Assembly (NCBI GenBank): GCA_001643675.2
Contig: LSRY02000033.1
Span: 372,001-436,000 of the forward strand
DNA from: Monocercomonoides exilis PA203
Taxonomy: Eukaryota; Protista; Preaxostyla
Direction of reading: 5' to 3'
Length of the DNA: 64,000 nucleotides
The stretch's first letter is position 1. Every line of letters starts with the position of its first letter. A program made the translations under genes and the position numbers. Positions 32,705 to 47,700 of this stretch are shown here, piece by piece. The notes beneath the pieces are model-generated. The model was not told the origin of the DNA. It did no database searches and saw only the letters and a list, made by a program, of their open reading frames with translations.

Positions 32705-35700
32705 ATGTCATTTGCCAAAACTCTTTTCACTGTACAAAAAGGAGAAGAAAATGACATTTTTGGATATCTGGATGAAGAAAAGAATAAAGCAATCTCTAGT
32801 CTCAGTACATATTTTTCGTTGCCAAACGAAAAATCGAAGCAAGATTTGAAATCTGGGATATGCTTTGTTGATTCTCAAGAGATACAGATAACAGATGAAC
32901 AGCAAGCTCTTATATGCGCTATAAGTTCGCATTTTGTATGCTTATCGTGTTTTTATTTGTGTAATTAAAAAAATAAAACGAACATTTTTATTTTTAATAT
33001 ATTTCCTTATTTCTCTGTGGAAAATAAAATTTAACAAATGATACTTGGACAATCAGCGACTCGATGAAATTAAAACAGCTCAGTTATTGCATCATTTCAT
33101 TCAAGAAGTCTGGAAAAGAGAAGTCTGTCATTTATTTCGAATTCACAGGATTAACATTCCGTTAATGAATTTGATTTTCTTTAGATCGATCCAAATAATA
33201 TGAAAGAATTTATCAACCAACTTTTTTTGTTTTATTTGAACGAGAGGCATAGCCTCTTGGAATTGTTCACAACATTAATTTTGAAAGCAAATAACACTGA
33301 CGACATACTCTCAGAAACAGTTGGAGACTATTTAAATCAAATTTCAATTCTTCTTACTCCACCAGAGAAAGAGGAGGAGGTAAATATCCCACCTTCCGGA
33401 GAAGCATTGGATGGACTTTCTGTTTTTTCTCCTCCTCAATCACCTGCAAAGAATTCAACTGCAACTCCATTTGGAAACGACTCAGCTTATTCAAAACATT
33501 TATCAACATCTTCAATCGAAGAATTAAAGAAATTTACATCATTTGGACCATCTGATCTTCTTCATCCTTTGGATTCGCATCAATTGACAGGATTTGTTGG
33601 ACTGATTGTCTCATGTATAGACTACATTCTTGACATAGATCTTTCGCCAACAGGAACTTTTGGAGCAATTCCAGAGAAAGCCAAAACAAGTACGATAACA
33701 TTAGGAGGTACGTCAGCTGGATCATCAGCTGATTTTTTATCGGTTCTGGAGATGCCCTTTGACCGCGATACTTTTTGTATCTCTCTTTTACGAGAAATCA
33801 GCCTTTTGTACGATGCTCTGTTCCTGGTGTCATACACAGACTTGTGTGCAATGCGAGCAAAGGATTACTCCACCGTGATCCGAAAGACCTCAATGCTGCA
33901 CCACAAACTATCTCTTTTCATTGAGAGGTACTACATGCCTTCTTCCACACATGCAAGCACTTCACAAACGCAAGGTATCTCTTCCAATACAAACAGCTTT
34001 GGACAGTTCTCTTTCACTTCACTGCTTTCAGCTCCGTCCACTGCTCCAGAAACTGCACATTCACCATCGTCATCTGATTCTGCTCCTGCGATGCCTTCAC
34101 TCAGCACCAAAGAGATATCTACTGCAGTCCGAGCAATCCAATTGCGTGCGTCGCTTGTGCTTGTGGAAGCGATGAAGCTGGAGTGCGCAATGAACATAGA
34201 GAAGACATTCGCACCACCTCCACCATCAGCTCTGGAGTCATTGGCATCTGCAGGCTCTTCTTCTGACGTGCCGCATCTTTCGCGCCGCTTGTCGTCTTTG
34301 CCTCCGTCTGCTGCGTCGCTGAGCCGGCGAACTTCATCACTTAACAGCAACAGCAGCAATGCGAGCGCGTACAGCCTTAGACTCAGTCGCATCCCTTCTC
34401 TCGTCTCACTGTCTGCGCAGACGCTGAGCAGCTATTTTTCACCGAATGCTATTCAGTCGTTTTCCCCTTCTTCTGCAGATTCTCCGGATGCATTACCATC
34501 CACTCGTACCAAATCATTCAAAGCCCTCACTTCGCCACGTGCGAGCACGCTTTCAGGAAAGAAAGCTCTGAATGCACCACAATCAGATCTTTCGTGCAGG
34601 AGCAATGACAGCAGCAATCCCCAAGGCAAAACACTCAATTCCTCTTTGAATGACCAGAGCACGCTTTCCTTTGTGCTCAGCAGCGAACACAGAAAGCTGA
34701 TCTCAGACTGCTTTGCTCAGTGGATTAAGGCTAGCCCCAGTTTTGATGGCGCATATGGCTCAGGACTTGAACTGGGATTCAAATCATTCGGAGAATCTGG
34801 AGCTTCCACTCTGTCTTCGTCATTGCAGCCTTTTGGCTCGGAATCACTTTCATCTTTTTCCTTATCCTCCTCCGCCTTAACATCTGAAGCTTCTTCTGGT
34901 TCTTCCTCTGCCTCCTCTTTATTTGCATCATTTGGTTCCACCCAATCAGTCATTTCGCCGTCAGCTGCTGCTTTCGGTTTTGACAGGCTCGACGCGAATG
35001 CAGCTGCATGTGCATCTTCTTCTGTTGTTGCATCGGTTGGCTGCGTCGCTTGGAGCTGTTTGCTGCTGAAGCACATTCAGTGCGGTCTTCTGGATGACTG
35101 TGTGGATGATGCGAGTGCAGGCGGAAATGCCTGTGGAGAGAATGAGCTGGAAAGCAACGGAGCCAGGCTCGAAAGAGCGAACAGCGTCCAGTTAGCTGCA
35201 TTTGGGGCAGGCGGAGCAGGTTCCAGCGATGGCACGCCGATGGAGTTTGAGAGCAGGCTATATGGGCAGCAAAGATCTTCGCCGCTGTCTTCTCTTCCAC
35301 CGCTTTCTTTGTCGCAGTTGGATCTGACGGATAGCGACACAGAAGAAATGGTTAGTGACAAGACACAGATGTCAACAGTGGATCTGATTTACTGGCTGAT
35401 AAACGCTTCGCTGCTGCGCAAGCCGTTTGAGTATTTGCTGGAGCGGCTGAAAGACGAAGAGGCAGAAGAAAACGAAAGCGAGTGGTGTTTGGCGGGAGAT
35501 AGGCTGAGCGGAAAGGAAGGCAGCGGATTGGGCGAAGATACGAGCGAATGGGATGATGCTGTTCTGTTGTTTGATGTGTGCAAAGGAGAGAAAGATGAAT
35601 CAAACAAAAGAAGGAAAAGAGCAAAAAGCGGAAAATTTGGAAATCTGTCGAAATATGGAGGATATTCTTCAGTGTTTCGGAGGTCTTCGACACACAAGCA

Positions 35701-38700
35701 AGTTCTCTTTGGGTTCAAAAACGTGTTGTTGGAACTGATTTGCGTCGTATCGTCCACGCTCCGCGCTTCAAAACTGATTCTGCCTTCAATTCTGTCACAA
35801 ATTCCAGAAGACATCATCAGCATTATCCAGCAACACGATGCATCTCTAACACTTCCTTCGCCTTCTCCCAGCGCTGGCCCTTCTTTCCTCGCCTCTTCGC
35901 AACCCCCACCCACCCTCGGATCTTTGCTGACATATCTTTCCGAAGCCACTCGCATCAGCATCCCGTCTTCCACTGCGCTTTCGTCGCTTCTTTCTGTGGT
36001 GACCCATCGCCACCCGCCGCTGGCTGGGCTCTATTTCGAGATGGCGCTGAGCCGCCCGTCTCTGGCGTCACTGCTGTCGGAGGAGACAGCTACATTCCCC
36101 GCAGACTGCCTGCCTGCAGCGCGGCTGCTCGCCTCGCTTTCGCAGGATGCACAGTCAGCTGTGCGTGTTTGTGAGTTCATTGGCAGGATGGATGGATGTG
36201 CTGTTGTGGTGCCTGTGTCCTATCTGCTCCGCGGCAGAGCCAGTTTCGGGTGGAAGTCGATGGACGCAGACGGGAAGGAGCTCAAATGGGACGATGGAGA
36301 ACAGGTAGGCATGCTGGGCAGGACGGCAGGATGGCCAGCTGAGGAACTGAAGAACGACGACTTCGGAGGGTATGCACAGGCAGAGCTAGAGGCGCTACAA
36401 GAGAAAGCTGCGCTGCTTGAAGAGGCACTGCTGAATGCCCAACATGTACCTTTTATCAGACTGCACGAAGAATTCCCAGCTGCGAGGCATCTGATCATCC
36501 CCTCGGGATACGAAGGACAGATCATCGGATACGCCCCGCTGGCACAGGCAGCCGAAGACCCAACTCCGCTTTCCTTCACTTTGCCTCTTCCTTTACACTT
36601 CCTGAACGCAATGGGTCTTGTTGTGCAGTTCTTTCCGCAGTCACCTTATTCTGGTTGGCCTTTCCTTCTCCGCCCTTTCTTTGCGCTTTCTGCCGCCCAA
36701 TCGCCAGCTGATATTCTAAATCCACCAATGCAAATGGCTGAATCTTGCTCTTCATGGCAAAAGATCATAGCTAAACAACCAACTTCTTCGCTTTCCACAA
36801 CACATGCTTCTCTTCTCCTCATCCACTCGCTTATCCGTGCTCATCCTCCGATTCACAAAGTGATTGACCAACAGCTTTCTTCTGCATATGCTTCCATATC
36901 AAATGATTCTTCTTCTTCTCTAAACACTTCAAATGCTTCTTCTATCTTCGATAGCTCAATTCATTCATCCAATCAGTCATCACTTCAATTTTCATTGACA
37001 TCATCATTTTCTTCCACAGTCACGTCTGCATCCTCGCCTTCTTCAGCATCATCTTCCATCACTTCGCAAACACACAACACCCTTCAAACGCTGTCCCGCC
37101 CTGTTTCTGTGGCAAATGTGTGCATCTTACTCATTCACTCCATATCATCCCAGCTCACTTCATCGTCTGTTATCTCTTCTTCCTCCGAATCTGAGCGCAA
37201 ACAGCTTCTGGCACTGTCTTCTCTCGCACTTCGCACTCTCATTCTCCTCGTTCCTTGCTGGCTACCCTTTTGCCGCTCGTCCTGCTGCCCTAGCCAATTT
37301 GTGACAGGAAATGGTACTGCTCTGCCTGAAAGTGGGGTGTATTCGATTGAGCGAAGAAAAAGCGAAGAGATGGAAGAAGATTCAAAAAGCGTTACAAGCA
37401 CCTCTACATACGCAGAACGCTTCAATTTGCGATCTGCCACAATTAAAACGAACGTTGCAGACAGAATTTCCATTGAGATCAATCGAATGAAGGAAACGTT
37501 TGTCTCACTGTTCTCTGCACGTAACGTTGAGCTCAATACTGTTATTCATGATGCAATGAGCATCGTAACTTCAACCGAATCCAAAATGGGGTCTTATCAG
37601 ACGCTGCTGGCTTTGTTGAGGCTGTGCCGTGTTGTTGCCTCTTCTGCAAGATGCATCAAGCTGCCTGCGCTTTCTCTTTATTCAATTATCAAAGAAGCCT
37701 CAACAGCACCAAATACATCAGCAACAAGTGCATTCACTTCTTCTTCTTCTTCTTCTTCAATTCCAGTTCCTTTGAAACAAGAGGAACCTCAGCAGCTTTA
37801 TTCACACACTCCATCATCTACTTCAGCATCATCGTCCTTGCCATTAGATCTTTTGTCTATTTCATCTTTTAATTCACAGCTATCTGTAGACTCACTCCTC
37901 GCTAGCTTTCCTTTGAGCAACCCTTCTGTCCTCCTTTCTGAGATCAATTCTATTGTACGCCGCGATGTGTTTGTGATGATTCCGAATGTGTGGATTCACC
38001 ACAGCAAAGAAACGGAGCTGCTTTTGATGCTCCGATGCGCCGACATGCTCCGCCTTGTGCTCCAGTCGCTTCCGATTGAAGTTGCAATCTCAAACAGAAA
38101 GAGGAGAATCAAAAGAATAAAGCTGGAAGCAGCAAGAAATGCAAAAGCGAAGGCTGAAGGTGCTCAACTTCAGACAGGAAGACTGCGCGAATCAGATGAC
38201 TTCGGAGAATATGATGATGGAGTTGAAGACATGTTGTTGGCTTCTGTTGAAGATAGAATAACAGCTGACGAAAAGGAAAAACAACTCTTTCCATCGCGCG
38301 AGACAACTTCCATGGAGAATGTGGCGATTGCAGCCTTAACGAAAAACATCGACTTAAATCAAAATACTCGAACAAGAGCAGCACAAACATCTTTTCTGCA
38401 ACAACAATCAAAAAATGCTCATTTGCAGAGTTTCCATTCATCCCCCAATCCTCTCCACCAATCGCGTGCTGAGCTTCTTGTCTCCCTCAAAACTGACCCT
38501 GTGCTGCAGAAGACGCTACTCGCGCTGACGGCATCAGGCGGCCTTTCGATGAGCGTCGCAGAGCAGCTTTCGGCATCTGGCCAGCAGAACATCGCGGCTG
38601 TGCTGGAAGAGACGGTTACAGCCTGCTTGGAGGTTGTGGAGATTGTGCTGATTTCACTCGAGTTTGACTGGAGGGAAAAGGAGAGCTCGCGACCAAGCGA

Positions 38701-41700
38701 GTCGGCTGTGAAGGAGCAGGAGGCGAAAGTCAGCGAGATGATGAACGGAATTGGCTCCGGATCGAATGCAGCAAATATCGGAACAGCAGCTTCATCAGCA
38801 AACGGAAGTGCGAAAGGAAAGCAAGCAAATTCGTCCACTTCGGCTTCTGCATTGAGAGATTTATCACAATTTGAAAGGCTCATTCTCACTTTTCTTGTTG
38901 ATGTGCCTGCACAAAATGACTGTATGATCACAAAACAGACTGAACACAAAGAAACAGCAGCCAGTAAACTTCTGAAGGAGCTACTTGAAACAAGAAATCC
39001 AAATGATGCATCTGCATCATCTTCAGAAAGCTATTTAGCACATTCAGGGCAAACACACAAACAAGAGTCTTGCGAATGGCTGCTTGTGATAGCATCATAT
39101 ATTGCCTACCAGTCCAACAACAAGATTTCTACTGTCTCAACAAGAATACTTACTCATCTGTGCCGCATGAGTATACGATTCCCTCAGTTGCCTCCGCTGA
39201 TCCGCTTTTTTGGCAGCGAAAAGCACGCGATGCTTCTGAAAGACGCGATTGTTCTGAGATTCTCCGATCCAAACACTCCACACTCAGTTTCTGCTGCTGT
39301 GGTGGAGTTTATATCAGCTGCAATCGACTATCAGCCGTTGCTGGCGAAGCTGTTTGTGGAGAACGTGCTTCAATACGACGACAAAAATAGAAATGGCGGA
39401 AATCTTTCTGAAAATAACACCACAAATTATGCAGCAAACACTGCTAACGTTTTATCAGAGAATTCATTTTTGGGCTTTTCTTTGTCACTTCTCTGCGATC
39501 ATTTAGAAGAAACGGCTGACGAAAGGCCTGCGCTACTTGCTGGAACGATGCTTTTGCTCCGAAAGTTGTGGGGGAAATGCGATGTGTTTAGTGCAGCAGT
39601 TGATGCACTGGCTGAACATGAAGGCTTTTGGAAAGCTGTTCAGAGGATTGCAGAAGGAGTTGGAAAGAAGCTGATGATGATGAGCGGACGAAGAGAAGGG
39701 AAATGGGCATGGAAAGGAAAAGATAAAGAGAGTTCAGAAGAGAAGGTACCAGTTGAAGGCGAAGGAAAATTAAAAACTGAAAGCAACAATAATATCATAG
39801 ATGAACTGAGGATGATGAGAAAACAAAAGTTGAAGTGGCAGCCTGTGCTTACACCGTCATGCCTTCTCAGTGCGTATGCATCAAATGACACACAACGCTG
39901 CGCTCAGCAAAGAAATGCCAGCAAAAATGGGAATACCGAAGATTGTATTGATGCAAATGAAAATTCAGAAGACTCAATTTTGTTTCGAACTTTGCGAAAT
40001 TTGCTGAAGAAATGGGATTTCGGGGAAAAGGGAGATTTTTCCATAATAAGCGCGTTGCTTAGAGGTAGCAACGGTTCCAATTCTATTTCAACGTCGAATC
40101 AGATAACAAGAAACGGTGATCTGAATATTGATAGTGAAGTCCTACAGCGACTTGTAACATCCCAAAGAGAAGAAGAGAAAAAAATTGAAGAGATCGATAG
40201 AACAGAAACGATGGATGCGGAGCAAACAAAGGGGCTTGCAGAAGACAGACACCTGAGGGAGATGAGAAGAATGAGGAAGGAAATCAGAGAGGCACAACGC
40301 AAGAAAACCAGAACAACAAGCAGAGAAAACAATGGGAATGGTATGAGTGAAGATGAGGATGAACTTGGCGATGCTTCTGAATCATCATCTTCTTCCTCTA
40401 ATGGATTTGACATCGACTTTGAAGAAGATGACTCAAGCGATGGTATTATGTGTGAAGAAAGCAGATTAAATAAAGATTTAGCAAATAAAACAGGAACAAA
40501 AACGAGACAAAACAATGGAAATACTCATCTACCAGAAGATGCTTCACATATATTTGATAGAACATTGGAAGAAGAGCTGAAAAGAAAAAGTCGTTCTTTC
40601 TCATTTGCATACGAGAGCACTCCATCGACCTCAAAAAGCCCGAAGCCTCAAGTTATGCCAACTCTCATCTCCTCACCTTTTAACAATACATCGATACAAA
40701 GCCAGCCACTTTGGACACCAACGCTTTCTTCATCGTCTTCTGTCTACAGCAACAACGAGGAGAACATCGACGATGCGTGTGACGAGACAAATGGATTTTA
40801 TACGGAGGCAGCAATATCTTCAGTGCAGAAGTTAAATGATCAAAACCAGAATGCGATGTTTCTCGCTGGCTCTTCGTCTTCATCTTCTGCTCGTCACAGT
40901 CCCACCGCGTTTGCCTCGCTCTCGCCAAAAAGAACAGCAACTGCAATGAAGCGGATGCTGAGAGCGACGTGCCATCTTTCTGCACTCGAAACAGCGCGGA
41001 GTGTGGCGTTTGATCTGATAACAATTGAACTCTCGCTGATTTCAAGAGAGGCACAGCAGTCAATTCTTCGCGTGCTGCTTGAAGGCGAAAAGGCGATGGA
41101 AAACAACCAAAAAGCGACTGCGTCTTCGGCAACGAAGCCGTCTGACAAACTTCTCTCTGAAGTGTACATCAACAAGGCGTTCAAACTGCTTCGCGACGCT
41201 GAGCAGCGGATGAAAAATGTGGTTGGCCCGCTTCTTTCGCCTGAGTATCTGACAGAACTGACGGAATCCGTGACAGAATCGATCTCCGCCGAGCCATCAT
41301 TCCGTTCGCTTCTGTCGATTGTTTGCAGAATGAATGGAATCGATCTGGATTCATATCACTGTGCACACTCAACGCCTGAACGCTCGCTGTATTCTGGCGA
41401 TACAATGTTTGAATTCCACGCAAGTTATTTCGAAAAGGCTCTGATGATGGGATGCTTTGAAAATTCTGGTTTGAATTCATTTAGTTATTATTTAATTGTT
41501 TTTAATAAATAATTTTCTTTATTCTTTTTTAAAAAAATTGATTATTATTGTTATTCATAATAATATTATTTCCTTTAAACAAATTTTAGAAGTTTCCAAT
41601 GAACTGCTCAACGTGAGCACTTTCCCCGTTCGCTTCATTCCGTATTTGATGCGCCTTTCGAATGCTTCATCATTCCGCCGTAATTCGCGAATCCGTACTT

Positions 41701-44700
41701 TGGCTTCGTGGAAACGATTTGTGTCGACTGCAGCGCTGTGCAGATCGATGATTCCGGTGCAGCCGATATGGAAGCGCGACTCGAATGAAAATGAAAGCGA
41801 AAGCGAAAGGGATGGAAAAGCGAAACAGGGGAGCGATAGTCAATCTTCTGCTGCTTCAACAATCGGTCCTGATACGTTTGGCTTATCTTCTTCACAAAGT
41901 TATACAATGCAGGATGACAACCCTTCTTCTTCTTCTTCTTCTTCTTCTTCCAATTCAAATTCCCCTTCGCCTTCTCAAAGAGTTGTTTGTCCTTCTCCTC
42001 TTCTTAGAGCTGTCTTTCGTTCTTTAGCTGAGGGCACTCCACTCGAAGTGTTCAAACCTCTCTCATTAATTCAACAATTTTCTTCTTCTGCTGCAACAGC
42101 TTCTGCTTCTAATTCCAGACAATCAGACTTTGCTCCCTTTGAACTTATTCCTTCAACAACTGTGCATTTGCTGTGTGCCATCATTTTGGGAAGGATCACA
42201 CACATTTTTGCGAACCTTTCGCATAGCACCGACGCAGCAAAAATGTTTTCAGAGGGAAACAGATTCAGATCTGCTGACAGAGCTTTGAAAGAATTGAATT
42301 TCAGGAATAATTCTGATAACTCCAAGAACATTTCTGGTTCTCAAATGAACTCCAACAAACATAGCAGCAAAGGCACTTCTGTGTTTTCGTTCGAAGAGCG
42401 ACTTGCTGAACAAAGTGTTGCCGAAGCTGTGTTCTTGTTAAAAGCCTCAGAAAGAGCAGAAAAAATAGCGCCGGCCTCGTCAGATTCATACACTTTTTCA
42501 AGAAGCGGGAAAGGCAAGTCAACACAAATTCCTTTCTCTTCGCATTTTCTCCGAGCGGTTGTGGAGCAAAAGGAAGCTGCCAAGCAAAAAGTGACTGAGC
42601 TTATGAACGAGCTCCTGATGGTTGACGATGTTGGAAGACTGGCGCAGTTTGATGTGCTTTCGTCGCTTTTATCGCTCTTCGCATTTTTAGTCAGTTTATG
42701 CGAAGAATGCCCAAAGCCAATGAATGCAACGCACTACTTCCTTCGTTTTAGTGTTGAATCGGAATATGTTCCTGTTGATGAAATTGTGAGCGAGAAAGCG
42801 TATTCAAATAATTCAGCAAGACAAAGATGCATATTACCTCTGCAGATGCAGTTGGATCAACAAATAAACAGAACAAGTGTTGGCTCACAGACTGAATCAC
42901 AACAAGGCAAATCGTTGGAAATCAGCCAAATGGAAAGAACCAATCGATCAGTCAAGATTGTCAATGAATCTGTTCCGTTGTTTCTGCCAAGCAACATACC
43001 ACTTCCTTCCCCTTTTCAGAGCGATAGCTCGTTTGTTTTCCTCAAACAAACTTCTTATTCATCTCCAGTCCACCACGCGCTTTCCATCCGTCTCCTTTCT
43101 GCTTCATCTGTGCCTCCTTCACTCAACATCTACTCTTCCTCAAAACAAGATTCATCGAATCAAATATCCGCAACACCGACTAATTCGCAAATCAATTCTT
43201 CGTCTGCTGCTGCTTTCGACTCTCTTCTGTCTCTTCCATACTTCAGCAGGCTGACATTTGCTCCGTATTCCCTTTCCCGCCCAGCTTCTTTCCCGAAGCC
43301 GTCAGTTGCTGGACTTCCACTCTCTTTTGCTGTCTGCCTTTTCACTCAGCTTGCCAAATGTTTTGCTGCATGTTTGAGGTGTCTGTTTCCATTGAAATCT
43401 CGCCATCTGTCCGCAATCGTGTCAGCAATGACTTCACTTGTCCATCTACTCCCTGCAATTCCTTCAGTTGTACCGCTGATGAAAATGGACGAGCAGCAAG
43501 GTTTTACTCAAAACACTGCAAATTCTGTTGAAAACGTTCAGAGTACCTCGTTCGACTCTGCTCTATCTAAATCATGCAAAAATGTGGATATGCATTCGTA
43601 TGAAAAATATCAAGATAATTTTGCATCTCCAGTCATTAACGCGGCTTCTGATGCATCTTTTGCTCAGTTCTTACAGCCGACTAGCTTTGCAGATTTCGAT
43701 GAAGGACGATTGATATCTCCGATGAATCAGATGATGAGTGAAACTTCTACTTCATCTTCAGCCTCCATCCTCCAAACACACTTATCTTCTGTCACTTCTT
43801 CCATCGCTTCTCCAAAGCCAGCTGCCCGCAGGCCTCACATCTCATTTTCTGTGAATATTATTGCTGATCCAACAACTCCCCATTCATTTCCCACATTTGC
43901 ACCTGTTCCGCTTACAAAAAGCTCGGAACCTATTAACTTGGCCAATCAATCTCCTCATCTGATGAACAGTTATCACTCTTCGACGATTAACTTCAACACG
44001 CATACAGAAGAGAACGAAGGCGTGAACAACAAAAAAACAAGTGGTCACTTTGGAAACTCTAATCAAAATGAATGCGAATGCGGAAATCAATTTTCGGATA
44101 GCATTTACAATCTGCTCGTTTCTTCAGAGAATGATTTTTCTGTGTTGGATGATCGCAATGATGAAAGTGTTTCGAAACTACCATCAATCGAAGAGGATGT
44201 TTTGATGCAAAGGATGTTTTTCACTGCATTTACATCGGAGAATCACCGCTTGGATGAATCATTAATGAATAAATATTCTCAGTCATCATTTCTGACAGAC
44301 AAGGAAATGAGTGATAAACTCATAAATCAGCCTTCTCAACTTGTTTTATCTTCACAATCATTAACTTCTTATCTTGTTTCCAGACATTTCCCCATTTTCC
44401 CAACATTGTATCATTACTCTCGCTTTATTCAGCGCGTTGCCTTTAACGTTACAAGAGGTTGCATTGCGCTATTAAACTACAACACGCCAATGGCACCTCT
44501 GCGGCCAGGTTTGAAGATGATCGCATACACTCTGATTGTCTGTCTGATTCAACGCATTCTTTTCAGGCGATGCACCATCATCCCCGACATTCCACAAGGA
44601 AAGGAGAAACAGCCCATTGACGAGGAAGACTGGAACGATTCAATGCTCAAAGCTCCGGATGGCACTCCATACGCCAATGGATCAGGTGGTTATGCAAATC

Positions 44701-47700
44701 CGTCTGCTATAAAATTTGATAACCGTATGGGCTCGTCCATTCCTTCGGCCACGAACACACTTAACTTGTTTTCAAAAACGGCGGATAATGCTTATGAAAA
44801 TGAATTAAAACGGTTACAAGAAACGCCAAAAAGAAGTTCATTAACCGCGGATAGTGAAAACTCAGATATAGTTTCATGTGCAAACGAGGAGAATTGTCCA
44901 ATCAACTATAGGCAGATCATCACGCCGCTTAGCTTCAAAGGAATTATTCATTGTCTTCGATTGGACGAGCCAAGCACGCTTTCTCAGATCTTATCTGGTT
45001 TGAATATTCCCATATCGAATATCAAGCCACTTTCTTTTCTCAGAATTCCATATGACATTCCAGCAAATTCTGAAGAAACTTCCAACTTTAATCAGAAATT
45101 ATCTTTATATCCGTCTTCTACAAATTCTGCGTCTGCACAAGAAACTCCTTTCTTGCAGATGAATTCTGCTTTCATTAAATCTTATTCTACTTTTTCTCCC
45201 GCATCTCAATTTAATTTTCGCTTTGTGCAATTGAATTTGGATCTTATCCAATCTCTTCTCGTTGCCCAGCCTTTTCTGGCTTCTTTCTTTTTCAATGCAG
45301 GTCTTATCAACAAACTGAAAGCGATTGCAGATAATCTGCTTGGTACAATCAAGGAAGAACACAAAACTTGGGACAAAAGCAGGCTGGCTGCATACGGAGA
45401 TGAAGAGAGTGACTTATCTCAGATGACGCCAGCTTATTTCAGAGAAGAATTTGCCCAACAGTCTCGGCGAACGACATACCCAACGACGAATCTTCGTGCC
45501 TTTGACTCCGCTCAATCCGAAGAAGAGTTTCTGACTCAACCTTTTAATACGCCGACGATACCATACCTTCCAAACGGAGAAATAAACACTCAACACAGAA
45601 TTTGGTGCTTGATTCTGAGTGTTATCACTGCTTTCATACATGCTTTGCTTATTCAGCACAATTGGAAGAGCGTTGAATCAGCAATAAATTTTAAATTGAA
45701 GGGCAAAAATTGCTACGGAATGAGAGCAATTGATACTAAACTTGGACTGAAAGGAGTCAAAGCCTCCATTGCAATTGGGACACATTCAAATGGATCATCA
45801 TATTCTAATGACTCTGAACTCCCACCACTCATATCTGTTCTGAATGAAATAACAAGATTTGTGAATGAGCGGCTGCTGCTGATACTTCCCTCTATCGTCA
45901 GAAAGACTTATCCATATAACCATTTTACGATTGATGGACTGATTGAAGCAAGGCTGGTAATTTCTCTTGTCATAGCCATTGCACAACTTTCTAAGAAATG
46001 CGGTGAAGACACTATGAAACGAGCGCAAAGTGGAATTGATAGAAAATCACTTGGAAATAATGGAGGAAGCAGAAATAGTATGTTTGCTGAAGACGACTAC
46101 AATTATTCACCGAAGGAACAAGAAAAGGAAGATGACTCTTCTGAATCAAACGAGAGTGAAGTTAGCAATGGTAACGACTCATTGAACTATGGAACTCATA
46201 AATCGAGGTTTCTTCAAAAAGGAGATCTTATCGCAGAAGAAAGGAGACTCAGAGCCATGAAATACTTCCACGAAGATATCCAGAACTTAGCTTCACCAAA
46301 GAGAATAGAAGCTGTTTGGATGCAACTAGGGCAATCAGACGAAGGAACTTCTGAAGCGATGTTTGCTTCCTTACACAGAGCATATCCATGGACGCATCCA
46401 TCTGCATTTTTGTCAGAAATGGCGTCACAATTGACTTCGCAAAAGTTGAATTACATTTCTCAAACGCAATTTATCAACGATTACTCAAAAGATCTACCGA
46501 ATATTTCTCATGGCAAGTTGAAAAGATCGTCAGAACCAATGCAGCTATCTGGTCCACTTAGTTATTTGTCATCGACATTCCCGGCTCAATCTTTGGTTTC
46601 TAGTAAAAAGAATCGATTGAAAAAAACATATACAAAACTAACTCTAAATCGCATAGCAGCACTTGATGGCTCCGACTTCATTTTCGGTCTGACGGCGCTT
46701 CCGTCGCACCAGAAATCAGCTATGCGATCAATTCAATCTTTTCCCCGGCCTCTTCTTCCTCTTCACCCTTCAATCATTTTAGCTTTGAACGAGCTGTTTG
46801 CTTCTTTGATGCACTATTTGTCAACACCCACTTCAGTTCTCAAGGAACTTCTGCCAGTCACTTCTCAAGAAAAGGCTTCATCACTTGATCCATTTGCACA
46901 ATCGACACATTTGCTCCATTCGCAGATGCCAGAGCAGCAGTCTGTTGTTGTATCTACCATTTCTGCTCCATCTTTTTACTCTCTTTCATCCAATGCACTG
47001 CCAACAGGCTCGCTGTTCCGATCTTTGGGCTTTTCATCTGTACTTGGTTCATCGGCTTCCCGCTCATCATCAACTGGATCTAGCCTGTTATCAGATGTTC
47101 AAGCAACAGGCTCCATTGCATCTGTTGGTACATCAACAACTTCATTTACTTCTAATTCTGCTTCATCTACGGTGCTCTCATCGCCTTTCGGAGAAACGAT
47201 CATTTCTCTAATTACAACTATCATTGAACAGATTATATGCTACCTTCGAATAATCAGTCCAATGAAACTCGAGCAGCCACCTTTGCCGAAGAGACGACTA
47301 ATCATCAATGATTCGACACCATCTTCCATCGAAAATGATTTCCATCACAACAAAATAGAGCGTATTCTTCCTGAAGATTTAGCAAGAAAGAAAAAGAAAA
47401 CATTTGCTGAAAAGTCTTCCAATGAAGAAATGAAATCTTTATCAAACGATGAAACGTCTTCTTTATCTTCAATGGTAACATTACATTCAGATATACCAAA
47501 ACCTCTGAGAGTTCAACCATTTTCAGAAACACAGCAGTTTTTCAAAGATATTCCAGATATACCATGTCTTCTTTTCCTTCCTTTGACAAGCTTTTCCCAC
47601 ATTTCCACAATCCCTCCATTCACAATTCCGATATGCCTTATTCTCTCATTCATAGACTTTAACACTACATCACTCAGAACTCTAAGAAGACATCCAATAT